Assembly: GCF_009914755.1 (NCBI RefSeq)
Contig: NC_060932.1
Reading direction: 5' to 3' (one strand)
DNA length: 64,000 bases
From: the human T2T-CHM13v2.0 reference genome, Homo sapiens
The position numbers were made by a program, and so were the translations under genes. A model generated the notes under the pieces. That model ran no database searches and was not told the DNA's origin. It saw only the letters and a program-made list of their open reading frames with translations. This document shows, piece after piece, positions 1 to 15,030 of this stretch. Position 1 is the first letter of the stretch; the number at the start of each line of letters is the position of its first letter.

Positions 1-833
1 AGGGCCTAAACATCTCCCCCAATACTGCTGACCCCAAAACCCACATGGGAGGCGCCTCCTCTCTCCCAAGAGAGTCAAGCCCACATCTCCAAACAGTTGT
101 CCCCCTGGCGCATCACATGTAAAGGGCTCAAAGTGGAACTGCATGCTTCCTTCCCACCCAAACCAGCCCTCTCCCCTCTGATGCTGCTCTTGGTGGGGCC
201 CCTTCACCTGCCCCACCCTGTTTCTACCTTAGAAGGGGTGGAACGGGGTCTTCTCTCACTAGCTGGGGAGATCCTGAAGTTGCATTTCCTTGGAACTGCC
301 AGAAAAGACTGCAGGCTGTGGGACAGGCTTTGGTGGGAGTTTGTCACACATACCAAAAGGGTCCCTTGACTCCCTCCCACCAGAGCTGGCTAGAGGCACA
401 GCAGGAAGTGGAGAGGTGAGGCCCTTGGGAGTTGGTGCATGCGGTGTGTTTCATGTGGCCCAAGTGCTGGAGGCCTGAGGCTGAGAAGGCCAGGGGATGT
501 GAACTAAAATGCAGAAGCGAAAGGAGATAAAAAGCACTAGAAAGTGCTAGAACTAGGCTTGGACTAGAGGGTGTCAAACCTGACGGATGGGCAGAAACTT
601 CTAGGTACACAGCCCCCAGGTAAGATCAGAAAACGCACCTCACACAGGATGTGTGTGAAACCTGGAGAATGCAACAGGCTTGTTGGAGCAAAAGGTGGGA
701 TAGGCAAGAAAGAGGGAACCAGTCCAAGGGGGCCTGAATTCAAACCTGCTTTTCCAGCTGGGTGGCCCCTTCCCTCCCTCCTCTTCCCTCCCTCCTGTCT
801 CTTCCTAGATCTCTCTCTCTAAAGACCACTGGG

Positions 834-1153
834 GGCCAGGTGCGGTGGCTCACACCTGTAATCTCAGCACTTTGGGAGGCCAATGCGGGCGGATCATGAG
901 GTCAGGAGTTCGGGACCAGCCTGACCAACATGGTGAAACACCGTCTCTACTAAAAATATAAAAATTAGCCAAGTGTGGTGACACACACCTGTAATCCCAG
1001 CTACTCAGGAGGCTGAGCCAGGAGAATCACTTAAACCCAGGAGGTGGAAGTTGCAGTGAGCCAAGATCATGCCATTGCACTCCAGCCTGGGTGACAGAGC
1101 GAGACTCTGTCTCAAAAAATAAATAAATAAATAATAAAATAAAATAAAAAATA
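834..1153 (+). mobile_element. Alu (AluS) with TSD aaagaccactggg
   Basis: Full dimer, A-rich tail, TSD 821-833 and 1153-1165. Confidence 0.95.
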
Positions 1154-1600
1154 AAGACCACTGGGGACTCCTGGGGGAGAAGGGCAAGGGTCAAAGCTGT
1201 AAAGTCCTTTATTTAAGCCGAAATTATGAGACCACCTCAGGCAGAGAGCTGACGACAGCCAGTGGGTATCACAGTTTGAAAACAGGCTGTCTCCCAGGAC
1301 ATCCTACTGCAAAGAGAGATTCCCGGACAGTAAATATTTCTGTTTTGGAGGTGGGGAAGACGGGACAAAAAGAGCTGTGGAAAGAACCTGGAAGCAGAGC
1401 CAAGCAAGGCACTTGAGGGGTTCAGGAAGAAAAATCCACTTAAGTCGTCAAGGAATAAAAAGGCAGTATTGTTTTCTACCCAACAAAGTGCCAAAGAAGA
1501 AAAATAAAAGAGAGTGATCCCAATATTGGGAATACCGCCATTTTTAGTTGGGGTAAATGTCAGAAGCACTGTTTTTGTTGACATAGCATAATCCATAGAA

Positions 1601-1893
1601 CTTTTTTTTTTCTGATACAGTCTCATTCTGTCACCCAGGCTGGACTGCAGTGGTGCCATCTCAGCTCACTGAAACCATCACCTCCCTAGTTCAAGTGATT
1701 CTTGTGTCTCAGCCTCCCAAGTAGCCGTGATTACAAGCATGTGCCACCATCCCCAGATAGGTTTTTTTTTTTTAAGTAGACACGGGTTTTGCTATATTGG
1801 CCAGGCTGGTCTCGAACTCCTGATCTCAAATGATCCACCGGCCTCGGCCTCCCAAAGTGCTAGGATTACAGGCGTGAGCCACTGTGCCTGGCC
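1601..1893 (-). mobile_element. Alu
   Basis: Reverse Alu dimer with poly-T. Confidence 0.93.
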
Positions 1894-1937
1894 TAGAACA
1901 ATTTTTTAATGAAAATATACATATCAAGATGCAAGCT

Positions 1938-2062
1938 CCCAGGCAGGTACAGTGGCTTATGCCTGCCATCCCAGCTACTTGGGAGGCTGAGGTGGAAGAG
2001 TTGCTTGACTCCAGGAGTTCGAGACCAGCCTGGCCAACATAGCAAGACACCATCTCTACAAA
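1938..2062 (+). mobile_element. Alu monomer (FLAM-like)
   Basis: Left-arm-only sequence. Confidence 0.8.
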
Positions 2063-2265
2063 ATTAATTAATTTATTAACAGCTCCCACTATTTAACTCA
2101 GTTTCCTCCTTCAGCTAATTTAGTAATACTTCAATGAAGAACAAAAGCTTCCTTGTCCACTAACTACATGCTGCACAAAGGTAGGAGCAATGACTTTCAC
2201 CCTACACTTCTCAGCACCCAGCACTTTCCTGGAACACAGTGGATGCTCAATAGATATTTGTCGAA

Positions 2266-2555
<290 letters not shown>

Positions 2556-2844
2556 GCTGTTGAAAGAACAAATTTGCAAAGAAGCTCCTTGATCACTGAG
2601 AACACCTTAAGTGGTAGGAGAACTGGTTAATTCCATCATGGTATACCCATTGATAGTAGTATTAGGCAACTGTTAAAAAGGTATGAATAAGAAAATAGCT
2701 ATAAAAATGTGTGGGGACATATTGGGATATATGATTATCAACTGGGTACTAGATAATATTGGGGAATTTTTATTAATTTTCTTAAATGTGATGGTGGTTT
2801 TGTGGTTATATAGGAGAATTCATGTTAAAATATTTAGGAGTAAT

Positions 2845-3109
2845 GCCAGGCATGGTGGCTCAGGCATGTAGTCCCAGCTACTGGGGAGGCTGGAGTGGGA
2901 GGATTGCTTGAGCCCAAGAGTCCTATGCTGACCAGATGTCTGCACTAAGCTCCACATCAATATGGTGACATCCTGGGAATGAGGGACCACCAGGTTACCT
3001 AAGGAAGGAAAACTCCCGTGCTGATCAGTAGTGGAATTGCGCCTGTGACTAGCCACCACACTCCAGCCTGGGCAACATAGTGAGACCCCATCTCTAAAAA
3101 AAGAAAAAT
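2845..3109 (+). pseudogene. 7SL (SRP) RNA retropseudogene with internal deletions
   Basis: Contains S-domain sequence absent from Alu (gcactaag...catcaatatggtgac...ggaccaccaggtt.cctaagga...aaactcccgtgctgatcagtagtgg), both 7SL termini and an A-tail. Confidence 0.9.
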
Positions 3110-3270
3110 ATCTTCTTTTTAAATCTTTTAAAATAATTGTGTTAAAATAAAAAATCGGTATTTAGGAGTAAAGTGACATGATGTCTACAAGTTATTTTGA
3201 AAAGTTATGGCCCAAAAAATACCCCAAAATTTAACAATTGTTCAGTTTATTTAAAAAATACCCCAAAATA

Positions 3271-3525
<255 letters not shown>

Positions 3526-4632
3526 TCAGTATTTATTGTACTTTTTTTTTTTTTAGTTTTTTTTATGTTTGCAAACATTTACAATAAGAAGTTAGAAAAC
3601 AGAATGTATTCCACGTAACAGGAGGCTAGAAGAAAGAAAGGAAAAAATGTTTCTGTATTTATTTCCTTTCTAATAAATTATAACTGCATGTTCATTGACT
3701 GTATTTACTTGCTAGAAATCATTTACGAGTAAATATCTGATAAAAAAGCAAAAAACATATAACAGTATATGACATGCAAATAGAATAACTAAAAATAGTT
3801 GGTATTCAGATGTTGAAATCATGTGTTTTTTTTAACTTAACTTCCTGTTATGTTTTCTTATCTTTGAAAGTAAGTTTAAAAGTTATTTACAGAAAGTAGT
3901 TCCCTGCCTGTCTTCCTTTATCTTATATATGGCCATGATGTATACATATATTCCCATCTTTATTAGAATCTTTTATGAACCAAGTTATTTAACATACCAA
4001 GTTGCAACTTTGTGTTTTGACTTGGTTAAATTACATTTTCTTTTATCACTGACCTTTGGGATGCAATAAAATAATTAAAATACTGTTCTTACCCTAAGAA
4101 AAACAAAATCCACCCATATTTGTTGCTTTAATGACATTTTACAAGGGAAATAAAAGATCTTTCCAAACATTTTTCTTTCTTCCTCCCTTCCTTTCAAAAT
4201 AATTAATTTGTTTATTATTTTGGTAAATAAATAAATCTGTGCTTCTCTCAAACACTCCAATCTAAAAGTATTACATACATATTGTAAAAATCTGGAAAAT
4301 ATAAAAATACATACAGAAAAGAAAATTCTAAGAACAATAATTTTACCATCCGGAGATAACTACTTTTTATATTTTGTAATAGTTCTTTCTATCCTTTGTG
4401 TATGAATTTTTTTTGGTTTTGTGTACAATCATGTACTGTGGATGTGTGTGTGTGCACGCATGTACCACACAGATTCTATCTTATGGATACGCCATTATTT
4501 ATTGAAGACATCCCCTCTTGGAGGACAGTTTATTTTTTTCTTCATTTTTTCCCCACTATCACTAGTGTTTATGACGTCCTATACATAAACCTTTTCCTGA
4601 CTTGTGATTATTTCCTTAGATTTTGTTAGTAG

Positions 4633-5026
<394 letters not shown>

Positions 5027-7308
5027 GGTATAAGAATTCTTTTAAGCCTCTTAATATATATGTAGAGAAGCAAAAAAGAAAAGTTTTCCTCTATCCTGTT
5101 AGGTTCATTATTTGAGGGCTGTAAATTGAACTGACAAACAGCAGATTAATAGGAGAAAAAAAGGTTTATTTATGTGCACGTGGGAGTCAATAAAAGAAGT
5201 AGCATATATCATCTGATTAGTTTCCAGATATATTTTGCTAATTTACACTCCTACTAAGCAGAAGGAGTATTATCACTCTTTAAAATCCTCACCAATTTGA
5301 TAGGTTAAAAATTAATCTAATTTTCACTTTAAAAATTACTAAGTAAGGCAAAACCTTTTTAAATGGTTGCTTCTATATTTATTTCCTTTTTCATGAATTA
5401 TAACTGCATGTTCATTGCCTATTTTTACTTGCTAGAAATCATTTACTAGTAAATTTAAATCCTTCAGATTTTACGTATTCAATTGTTACATTAGAATATT
5501 TATGAAGATAAACAGTGAAAAACTTGTGTATTTACCTTACCAGTGTGAAGAGAAATAAGAATTCATTTAATCACCAAATTCCTTAGTAATTTTGAAAAAC
5601 AGAAGGGCCAGTTCATTTAATCGGGGCAATTTTGATTGTTATGCTAGCTGTCTTCAAAGTGAAATTCTGAACTAATGTCCAACACCAAGTTTTTTTAAAA
5701 AACAAACTCTGTGGATATTTAAAATCAGAGCTCTAAATTCCAAGGAATCTTTTCTTCTAACAACTTTGTGTGATGTCCCAAATACTTTAGAAATCCCAAA
5801 TTACAACTTCGTGTTTCAACTTGATTACATTAAGTGCACCTCACCCCATAGCCGTGACCCAAAAACAATATTTTTAAATTTGCTCTCATCTCCTATATTT
5901 AACTTTCTCTTTCAGCCACAGCCAATCAAAAGAAAACACCAAATTGCTTGGTGATGTTTCTTCTTCCAAGTATGATACGTTATCTGTTTGTAGAGATTAA
6001 AGCAAAAGAATTTGTTCACAACTTTTCCAATTTTAAACCACCAACTGATTTGTCTCTGAGATTTATACAAGTATTTTCCAGAATTCTATTTCAGTACATA
6101 TAAAAGGTCTGCTTGTCAGATTACATATTCTTTTCTTACGATCTCATTTCCTGTTGTAAAGCAAGTTGTCAGTGCCTGGCACACCTGCCAGAACTCATTC
6201 AAGAAATGCTTACTGGCTGGAGTTGATTCAACCACCCAGTAAAAGTGAAATGTTTCCTTATCTCTGGTTGTGGTGACAATCATTTTTAAACCTAGGCTGA
6301 ATTTTATCGATATTCAAAAGAAAGAGAGCTTGGATGAGTCTGGGGGAGCTACCCGCAGCTCATTCCTGGTGTAGGACCCCCTCACCCTGGCTACTGCTCT
6401 TCTGTACTTCAGTGGAGCCCTGAGACATTCTCTCGCCAGGGCAGGCCCCTCTAGACTGTTGTAAGTAGGCTGGTTTTGAGAGCTGGGTCTTTTGCCAAAC
6501 AGATTCATTTGAATAAGACACCAGGTCCTTGCCTCGAATTAGGGAATTCAGGAATTTGCAGCTGTGGGTAGTCCAGGCTTCTTCTGTGGGGGTTGAAAGA
6601 GGGCAGAGGTGGGAGGTGGGGTAGGGGTGAAGCTGAAAGGGACAGAGGTGGGTGCAGTCAGCTGCCCTGTCCCCCCACTGCCTGCCCCTGAAGCAACTCA
6701 GTGTGTTTTCTTGGTGTGCAGAATGAGCAATAGGCCCACTCCTGGCTGGCATACTCTTACAGCAAAGTGCCAGCTTTTCCAGACGAGTTTAGGGTCTCAG
6801 CCTGGCCCTGAGCCCAGTCAGCTGAGCACCAGCTGCAGTGGCGCCTTGCTGCTGCAGCCTGGGCGGTTCCATATCCGGGCCACTTTACACTCAGGTGCAA
6901 CTGGCCACTTTGCCCACCTGCCCCCCGATACCAGGCGCCCCTACCAGGATCTTAAGGCCCTCAATGTATAAATGGTGGTGACCGTTACCAGAGAGGCTGA
7001 GTCCTGGGACCTGCCCAGGCATTTCTGCAGTAGACTAGAAGAGAGCAGCCACCTGCTTGCTCCAGTGACCTCTGGCTCTGTCCTGCCACCATTGCAACTA
7101 ACCCAAGTGCAGGAAGACTCAGAGGCCACTGGTTCAGTGCCTCCATCCCTATGCCATCAAGTAGCCAAGAAAGGGCCTGGGCAAGATGACAGTGTGTTTT
7201 AAACCCGTTCTCCCTGTCTCCTGGCCTTCCCACCTGCTGTCGGGACACACTGCTCTACCATCTCCTTCCAATAGTCTTCTTGCCACTCCTCATTCTCAAA
7301 TCTTTCTT

Positions 7309-7668
7309 GGCCAGGCTCGATGGCTCATGCCTGTAATCCCAGCACTTTGGGGAGGCCGAGGTCGGTGGATCACTTGAGGTCAGGAGTTCGTGACCAGCCT
7401 GGCCCACATGGAGAAACCCTGTCTCTACTAAAAATGCAAAAATTAGCTGAGTATAATGGTGGGTGCCTGTAACCCCAGCTACTCAGGAGGTTGAGGCAGG
7501 AGAATCACTTGAACCCAGGAGGCAGATGTTGCAGTGAGCTGAGATGACGCCATTGGCAAGAGGATCACTTGAGCCCATGAGGTTGAGGCTGCAATGAGCT
7601 GTGATTGCGCCACTGCACTCCAGCCTGAGAGACAGAGCGAGACAACGTCACAAAAACAAACAAACAAA
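7309..7668 (+). mobile_element. Alu with duplicated/chimeric right arm
   Basis: Two successive atcacttga.ccc..gagg...gcagtgagctg segments. Confidence 0.88.
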
Positions 7669-7700
7669 TGAAGAAAACCCCATGGATCTTTCTCACATAC

Positions 7701-8059
7701 TATCTTATTCCATTCAGGCTGCTATAATAAAGTACCTTAAACTGGGTGACTTATAAACAGAAATTTATTGCTCACAGTTCCAAAGGCTGGACAGTCTGAG
7801 ATCAAGGTGCCAGCTGACTCAGTGTCGGGTGAGGGCTGGTTTCTCACAGACAGCGCCTTCTGGCTGCTTCCTCTCAGGGCAGAAGGGCCGAACAAGCTTC
7901 CTCAGGCCTCTGCCTCTTTTATAAGGGCACTAATCCCATTCCTGACGGTGAAGCCCTCATGACCCGATGACCTGCCCAAAGCCCCACCTCTTAATACTAC
8001 CACATTCCAGATTATGTTTCAATATATGAATTTGGGGAGGACACATTCAGATCATAGCA
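7701..8059. mobile_element. MaLR LTR (MLT1A-like)
   Basis: ggctgctataataaa...aaactgggtgacttataaac...agatcaaggtgccagc...acattcagatcatagca motifs. Confidence 0.75.
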
Positions 8060-8639
8060 CATAACAACATAGAACTGTCCAGCAAGTTAGACTTTCACTT
8101 CTGTGTACACCCCAATTACTGACACAGGCACTGTCTTGAGGATGGGGAGGTGCCTCTGATGTTGGGTTAGAAATTCTGGGAACTACGGTGGATTAGCTCT
8201 GCTTGCCATGTGTAAAGGGGGAATATGGACAACATGCAGATAAATCTGCACTGATGTGTGACACTTTTACCTTGATCCAGTGAAAGACAGTTCAAACCAT
8301 TTAGTTAAAAAAAAAAAAAACAAAAAAGAAGAAGAAGAAGGAGCAAGGCCAGGCACATGCCTGTAATATTAGCACTTTGGGAAGCTGAGGCAGGAGGATC
8401 ACTTGAGGCCAGGAGTTTGAGGTATGGCTGGGCAACAAAGTGAGACCCACCTCTCAAGAAAAAAAAAAAAAAGAAACAAAAGAAACGAAACTCTGAGGTT
8501 GACAGTTCAGCCAGAGTAAAGCATGAGTAAAAAAATATAGAGAGTTACTTAGTTTTGGTGATGGTTATCATAACCTAGGTTTTACTTTTCTACCTTGAGG
8601 GAAAAAGGTTTTGGATGTGCAAAAGAAATAGAGGTATGA

Positions 8640-9003
<364 letters not shown>

Positions 9004-9604
9004 AGTGCCACAGAATCTTACACTGCAGTGGGAATGAAGCCACCACAGCTATTCATATCAATGTGACCAGCTTTTAGTAATGCAAGGCTGAGTGCAAAAA
9101 AAAACAGTACAAAAAGCTGTTGTACATGTTGTATAATACAGTTTCTTAAAACTTAAAAGCAAGCCAACCTAAACAGTATATAATTTTGGGATGCCCATAC
9201 AATATGGTACAAAATATCTTCAAAGACAATATCACCATCAAATAAATGACAAGCGCAAAATACAGAACAGGGGCTGGCTCTGTTGGAGAGGTCGGAGGTA
9301 GAAATTGGAAGTCACCACACAGGTGCAGCTTCAACCAGGCAGTGTATTGATTGTGTAATACATCAAGGTTTCATGGTTGATTGGGTCCTTGTTGTGTTTT
9401 ATGACTTAGATATGTGTAATATTCTTACGCACCATATATTACATCATTTAAATATGTTGGTGACTATAGCAGAAGGAGACATGAGGCATATTCACAACGT
9501 GCAAGTGGAACATCTTCAATTTAAACCCAGACAGCTGGACTTGGGATTCCAGACTCTTAAACCCACCTGATCATGATGTAGTATTGTCTTTTTAAAGGTG
9601 TTTC

Positions 9605-9913
9605 TGGCCGACCGTGGTGGCTCATGCCTGGAATCCCAGCACAGTACTTTGGTGAGACCAAGGTGGGCAGATCACCTGAGGTCAGGAGTTCGAGACCAGC
9701 CTGGCCAACATGGCGAAACCCTGTCTCTACTAAAAATACAAAAATTAGCCGGGCATCATGGTGCATGCCTGTAATCCCAGCTACTCAGGAGGCTGAGGCA
9801 GGAGAATCACTTGAACCTGGGAGGCAGAGATTGCAGTGAGCCATTGCACTCACTGCACTCCAACCTGGGCAACAGAGTAAGATTCCATCTCAAAAAAGAA
9901 AAAGAAAAAAAAA
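9605..9913 (+). mobile_element. Alu (AluS)
   Basis: Full dimer. Confidence 0.93.
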
Positions 9914-10058
9914 GAGTGTTTTCAGTTTAGGAAAAAAAAAAATCTGTTATAGTCATTGGTATAGAATTAGAGGCCCAGACTCATTTTCCTACCCCCACCC
10001 CTTAGTCCTTTGATCTTCCCAAATGATCGTGGTTCCCATGGGTGTGGCTAAGAGGGAG

Positions 10059-10613
10059 TGTTGGGGACCAGTCTCAACACCACCCATAGGGTACCCAAAG
10101 TCTGGTGGTGACAAAGGAATGAGAAGAAACAGGTTAAGAGTTCATAAAGGTGGGAGCCAGGGGGCCAGTTGCAAAATGGAGGCTGCAAAAGGCCCAGAGT
10201 TCTGGTTCCACACTATTTATTGAGTACAATCACTTCGATCTAAGAAGCAGATGTTCAGGGTGAAACAGTGAAAGGGAGGCACTGCGTCACAGGCGTAATC
10301 TATAGCAATAGCGGTTTAAATGAATCTCCTTTGTGCTCAAACAGCGTATCTTTAACTTATCGGAGAGGAGCTAGTGGGAGTGTGCTTAACTAGGAGGCTG
10401 CACGTCTGTCCACATTCCAATGCTTCAAAGGAGTGTCTTTCTCCTTGAACACAGTGTTTATAGATAAGAGAGCAGGTCTCGCTCTGAGCATGGGAACATG
10501 ATGGCAATTAGGAGGCTTTCCTCCTCAGAGGCCTCTTGTGGCTTTCCACAACTTATTGTCCCATATTTTTATGGCCAGTTTATGCAGGCGCCCCACAAGC
10601 CCTTTTCCCAACA
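10059..10613 (-). mobile_element. Solo LTR, LTR14 / HERV-K(HML-10, C4-type)
   Basis: TG...CA termini, 555 bp, 5-bp TSD GGGAG (10054-58 and 10614-18); minus-strand start TGTTGGGAAAAGGGCTTGTGGGGCGCCTGCATAAACTGGCCATAAAAATATGGGAC resembles the HERV-K(C4) LTR; AATAAA at 10216-21 (-). Confidence 0.8.
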
Positions 10614-11106
10614 GGGAGGAAGGTGCGATGGAGGGCTGGAAGCATGCTTTTCCGGCATTCCCTATAGAACATTCCCAGCCAGACCTGCCTGATGAGAAGG
10701 CAGAGGATTGACCAGACCTCAGGGTGTGTCTTCACAGGCACTCCAATGCCCCTGACCTGGCCAGCCGTTCCTCTGCCTGGAGTCACTCTTCGGGCTGGAG
10801 TTACATGTAAGGGCATTGTTTCTAGAACCCACTCAGGCTCTCCCCTGGCCTACCCACCAGTGCACCCACAGGAGTCAGCCCAGCAGGCGGCACAAAGCCC
10901 TTCTCAACAGAGGTGCTAGCAGGCGCAGGAGCAAGGCTGGGACCCCTCAAGCCTGGGAAGCTGGAAGGGGGAAGCAGGTCAAGGACAGTTAAGTAAGAGA
11001 TGGGAAAAGTAGTTGCCTTCCAGAGGAGTGGAGAACCAGGGGGCCTCTGCCAGTGACTGCAGCGAACATCAGAGACCCATGGGAGGGAACACTGCAAGGA
11101 CGGTGG

Positions 11107-11109
<3 letters not shown>

Positions 11110-11138
<29 letters not shown>
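11110..11138. repeat. (TC)n microsatellite
   Basis: Read directly. Confidence 0.95.
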
Positions 11139-11141
<3 letters not shown>

Positions 11142-11234
11142 GTATTTAACTGATGAGGCACTTGGTAAGGGGTTGCCAGGGAATGGGTTGCTGGAAATGA
11201 ATCCAGGTCTTCGATTCCCAGCCCAGTGCATTGC

Positions 11235-11646
<412 letters not shown>

Positions 11647-12227
11647 TGACATGGAGGCATGATCACCCCAGTATAAAGGTCCTTAGCATCCCAAATCAGG
11701 AGCTATCAAACCTATAGGACTCACAAAAAGGTAAACTAAGGTCCAGAAATCCACTCCAAGAAGCATAATGGCCAGTCTAGATTTTACACTAGATCAGTCC
11801 TGCTTCACATGTCTCCCGGCTGGCCAGCCCCGGATGTCCGGCCACTGTGAGCCGATAGCTTTTCTGCTGTTTGTTTTCTACCTGTGTGCAGGTGAGCAGA
11901 AGTAGGAGCAAAGCCTCCTCCCATCAACCAGCAACCACCCCTACCTTGCTTCTTCGTGGCCTTCCCTCTCCCCACCTTCCATGGCCTCTAGCTCAGGTAG
12001 CCAGAATTAATTACTGGTGGGGTTGAAGCCATAACTTGTTCCCTGGCTGTAGGCCAGGCTCTCAAGATGTGCGTCAGAAAGGCCAGTGAGTGAAATTCCA
12101 AAGCAGTGTGAGTCACCAGGGGCTGAGAAGAACAGACCAGGACAATAAGAGCAGGATGTGGACCAAAATAGTGCCCTGAGGGCCAGGGGCTGGGCCAGGC
12201 ATCAAGAATGCTCACCTGGCCAAAGAT

Positions 12228-12338
12228 GGGGAACAGGGCCTCCGGTCTAGGTGGTTTATCTCTGTGCTCTGCACAGCCCTGGACGGGGAACAAAGCCTCT
12301 GGCCCAGGGTTTATCTCTGGGCTTTGCACAGCCCTGGA
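12228..12338. repeat. Diverged tandem duplication, 2 x about 56 bp
   Basis: ggggaaca...ggtttatctctg.gct.tgcacagccctgga twice. Confidence 0.85.
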
Positions 12339-12461
12339 GGAGGAGGGAACTGACCAGCAGGCCGGCCCCCTGGTCACAGGAATCATGTCCTTCACCTGCC
12401 TTCCCATAAGCTGGACTTTGGATCCCAGCCCTTAAAACCCTTGTGTTGTTTCTTCCTGCAG

Positions 12462-12533
12462 ACCTGGTCCAGAACACTACTTCAGGACAGGGAATAGTGA
12501 CAGGCCAGCAGAGCCCCAGAGGCGAGGTGGCAG
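12462..12533 (+). other. RHOBTB2: Candidate distal non-coding RHOBTB2 5' exon (may extend further 5' as a first exon)
   Basis: Consensus donor CAG|gtaagt at 12534; pyrimidine-rich acceptor tttcttcctgcag ending 12461. Confidence 0.5.
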
Positions 12534-12973
12534 GTAAGTCTACAATCCTTGGGCCCTTGCTCTGTGCCCAGGGAAAAGAGAGGGATCTCCAAGCCCTGGC
12601 TTCTCTAACCTATCTTCACCTGGTCACTCACAGCACTGCACAATTTCCAGTTCTCAGAATCAGATTTCTTCCAAAGGAGGGATGTGTGAAGGGAGCACGA
12701 GGGGTGGGGGCAATCAGCAATCAGGAATCTTCCCCATCAAGGTGCGGTGGCCCCTGGACTGTGGCCCAGCAGCAACCTGTGGCAGCCAGATCTGGGGCAG
12801 GAGGTGGAGGGCATCCACTCGTCATGAGGGTGTCCAGGGGGAGTGTCACCAGTCGCCATGTGCCAGCGGCAGGCCTGGATGCCACTCTCTCCTTGTGACC
12901 CTGGCCAGGACGGAACGGAAGGCCCCCAAGATCAAGTAGATGACACTGCACCCCACCCCCCACAACCCACTGA

Positions 12974-13430
<457 letters not shown>

Positions 13431-14041
13431 TCCTTCCCCCTTTTCTTACTACTCACTCCCACGTCCTGGGTGGCCCATTCATGGCTCCACCCAACTCTGG
13501 GAGCTCCCCATCCTTCAGGCAGCAGGATCCATTTATCAAGAGAAACTGAGCAGCATCCCTAATCCTCTCCCTCTCTTGCCCTCAGCCCCCCAAATTTTGT
13601 TCCTTTCTGTAGCCACACTTGGCCAGGAGCTCTCAGGCTTACTGTAGGAATTCCTTCCAGGGCAACAGAGACCCCCAACCACTCCCCCACCCACAACCCA
13701 GCCAGGCTGCTGTCACTTCCTCGCAAAGGAGTAGCTGAATGGGTCACCCTGGCTTTTGGAAGGGTTGGGGCTGAGACAGATGCTAGCGAGACTATGATAA
13801 CTCAGACAAGGGGCTGAGGCTGATAGCCTCCACCGACACAGGTGGAGAAGGGCACGGGCTCTGCAGAAGTGGCAGCTTGGCTGATTTGGGCCCTCTTACC
13901 TCACCATGTAAGGATCTTGCTGGCCCTGTTAAGTTCACCTTTGCCTCAGACTGTAAGTTAAAGAACTTTGTATCTTCTCCCTCTTCCCTGACCTCTAGAG
14001 GAAACTCATCTGTAACTGCTAAGACCTGTCAGTTCCTCTGA

Positions 14042-14414
<373 letters not shown>

Positions 14415-14689
14415 GCATTTCAACATTCTTAACTCCCTACTGGGCAAGGATTGTTCCCCGGGGTGCTTGTGGATGTGGCAGGGCTCCAGGTCTAGTTTCA
14501 GCTGAGCCATTCCTGCCTCTCTGTTCTGTCTCCCTAACATGTCTTAGGCTAACATCATACAATCAGAATTTCAGAACTTGGGGATCATCTAAGGAAACTG
14601 CCTAGGTTCAGGCAAGCAAGAGGAAACTGAAGGCCAGAGGTAAAAGCTGGCATCAGAACCACAGCGCTGGGGTCTGACACAACTGCAAA

Positions 14690-15030
14690 CTAGCCGTGAC
14701 TTTGCGTAGGCCTCAGTTTGCTCATCTGTAAGATAAAGAGGGTGATTTTGACATACATTAAGCATAACGTGCTAGGGCAAGAGGCCTCAGGGCTGTGCTG
14801 TGCGTCTGTCTCCCCAAGAGGCTCTGAGCCAGACGCCTGATGAGAACCCTCATCCTGCCTGCCTGCTTTGCAGCCCTGGCAAGTCACATCCCCTCTCAGA
14901 GCTCCAGTTTCCTTCTCTGCCAAATGCGGATAAGAATAGTTCCTCCATCTCATAGGATTGTTTTGAAATTTAAATGAGGTAGTACATGCAGCACAATCCC
15001 GGGCATGTAATAAACATTCAGTAAGTTATT
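14690..15030. mobile_element. MIR fragments
   Basis: ggcctcagtttgctcatctgtaa; ctccagtttccttctctgccaaatg...cataggattgtt. Confidence 0.6.

Noticed and set aside
2845-3109. Functional SRP RNA gene
   Set aside because: A-tail, CpG decay and loss of helix 8 indicate a processed pseudogene.
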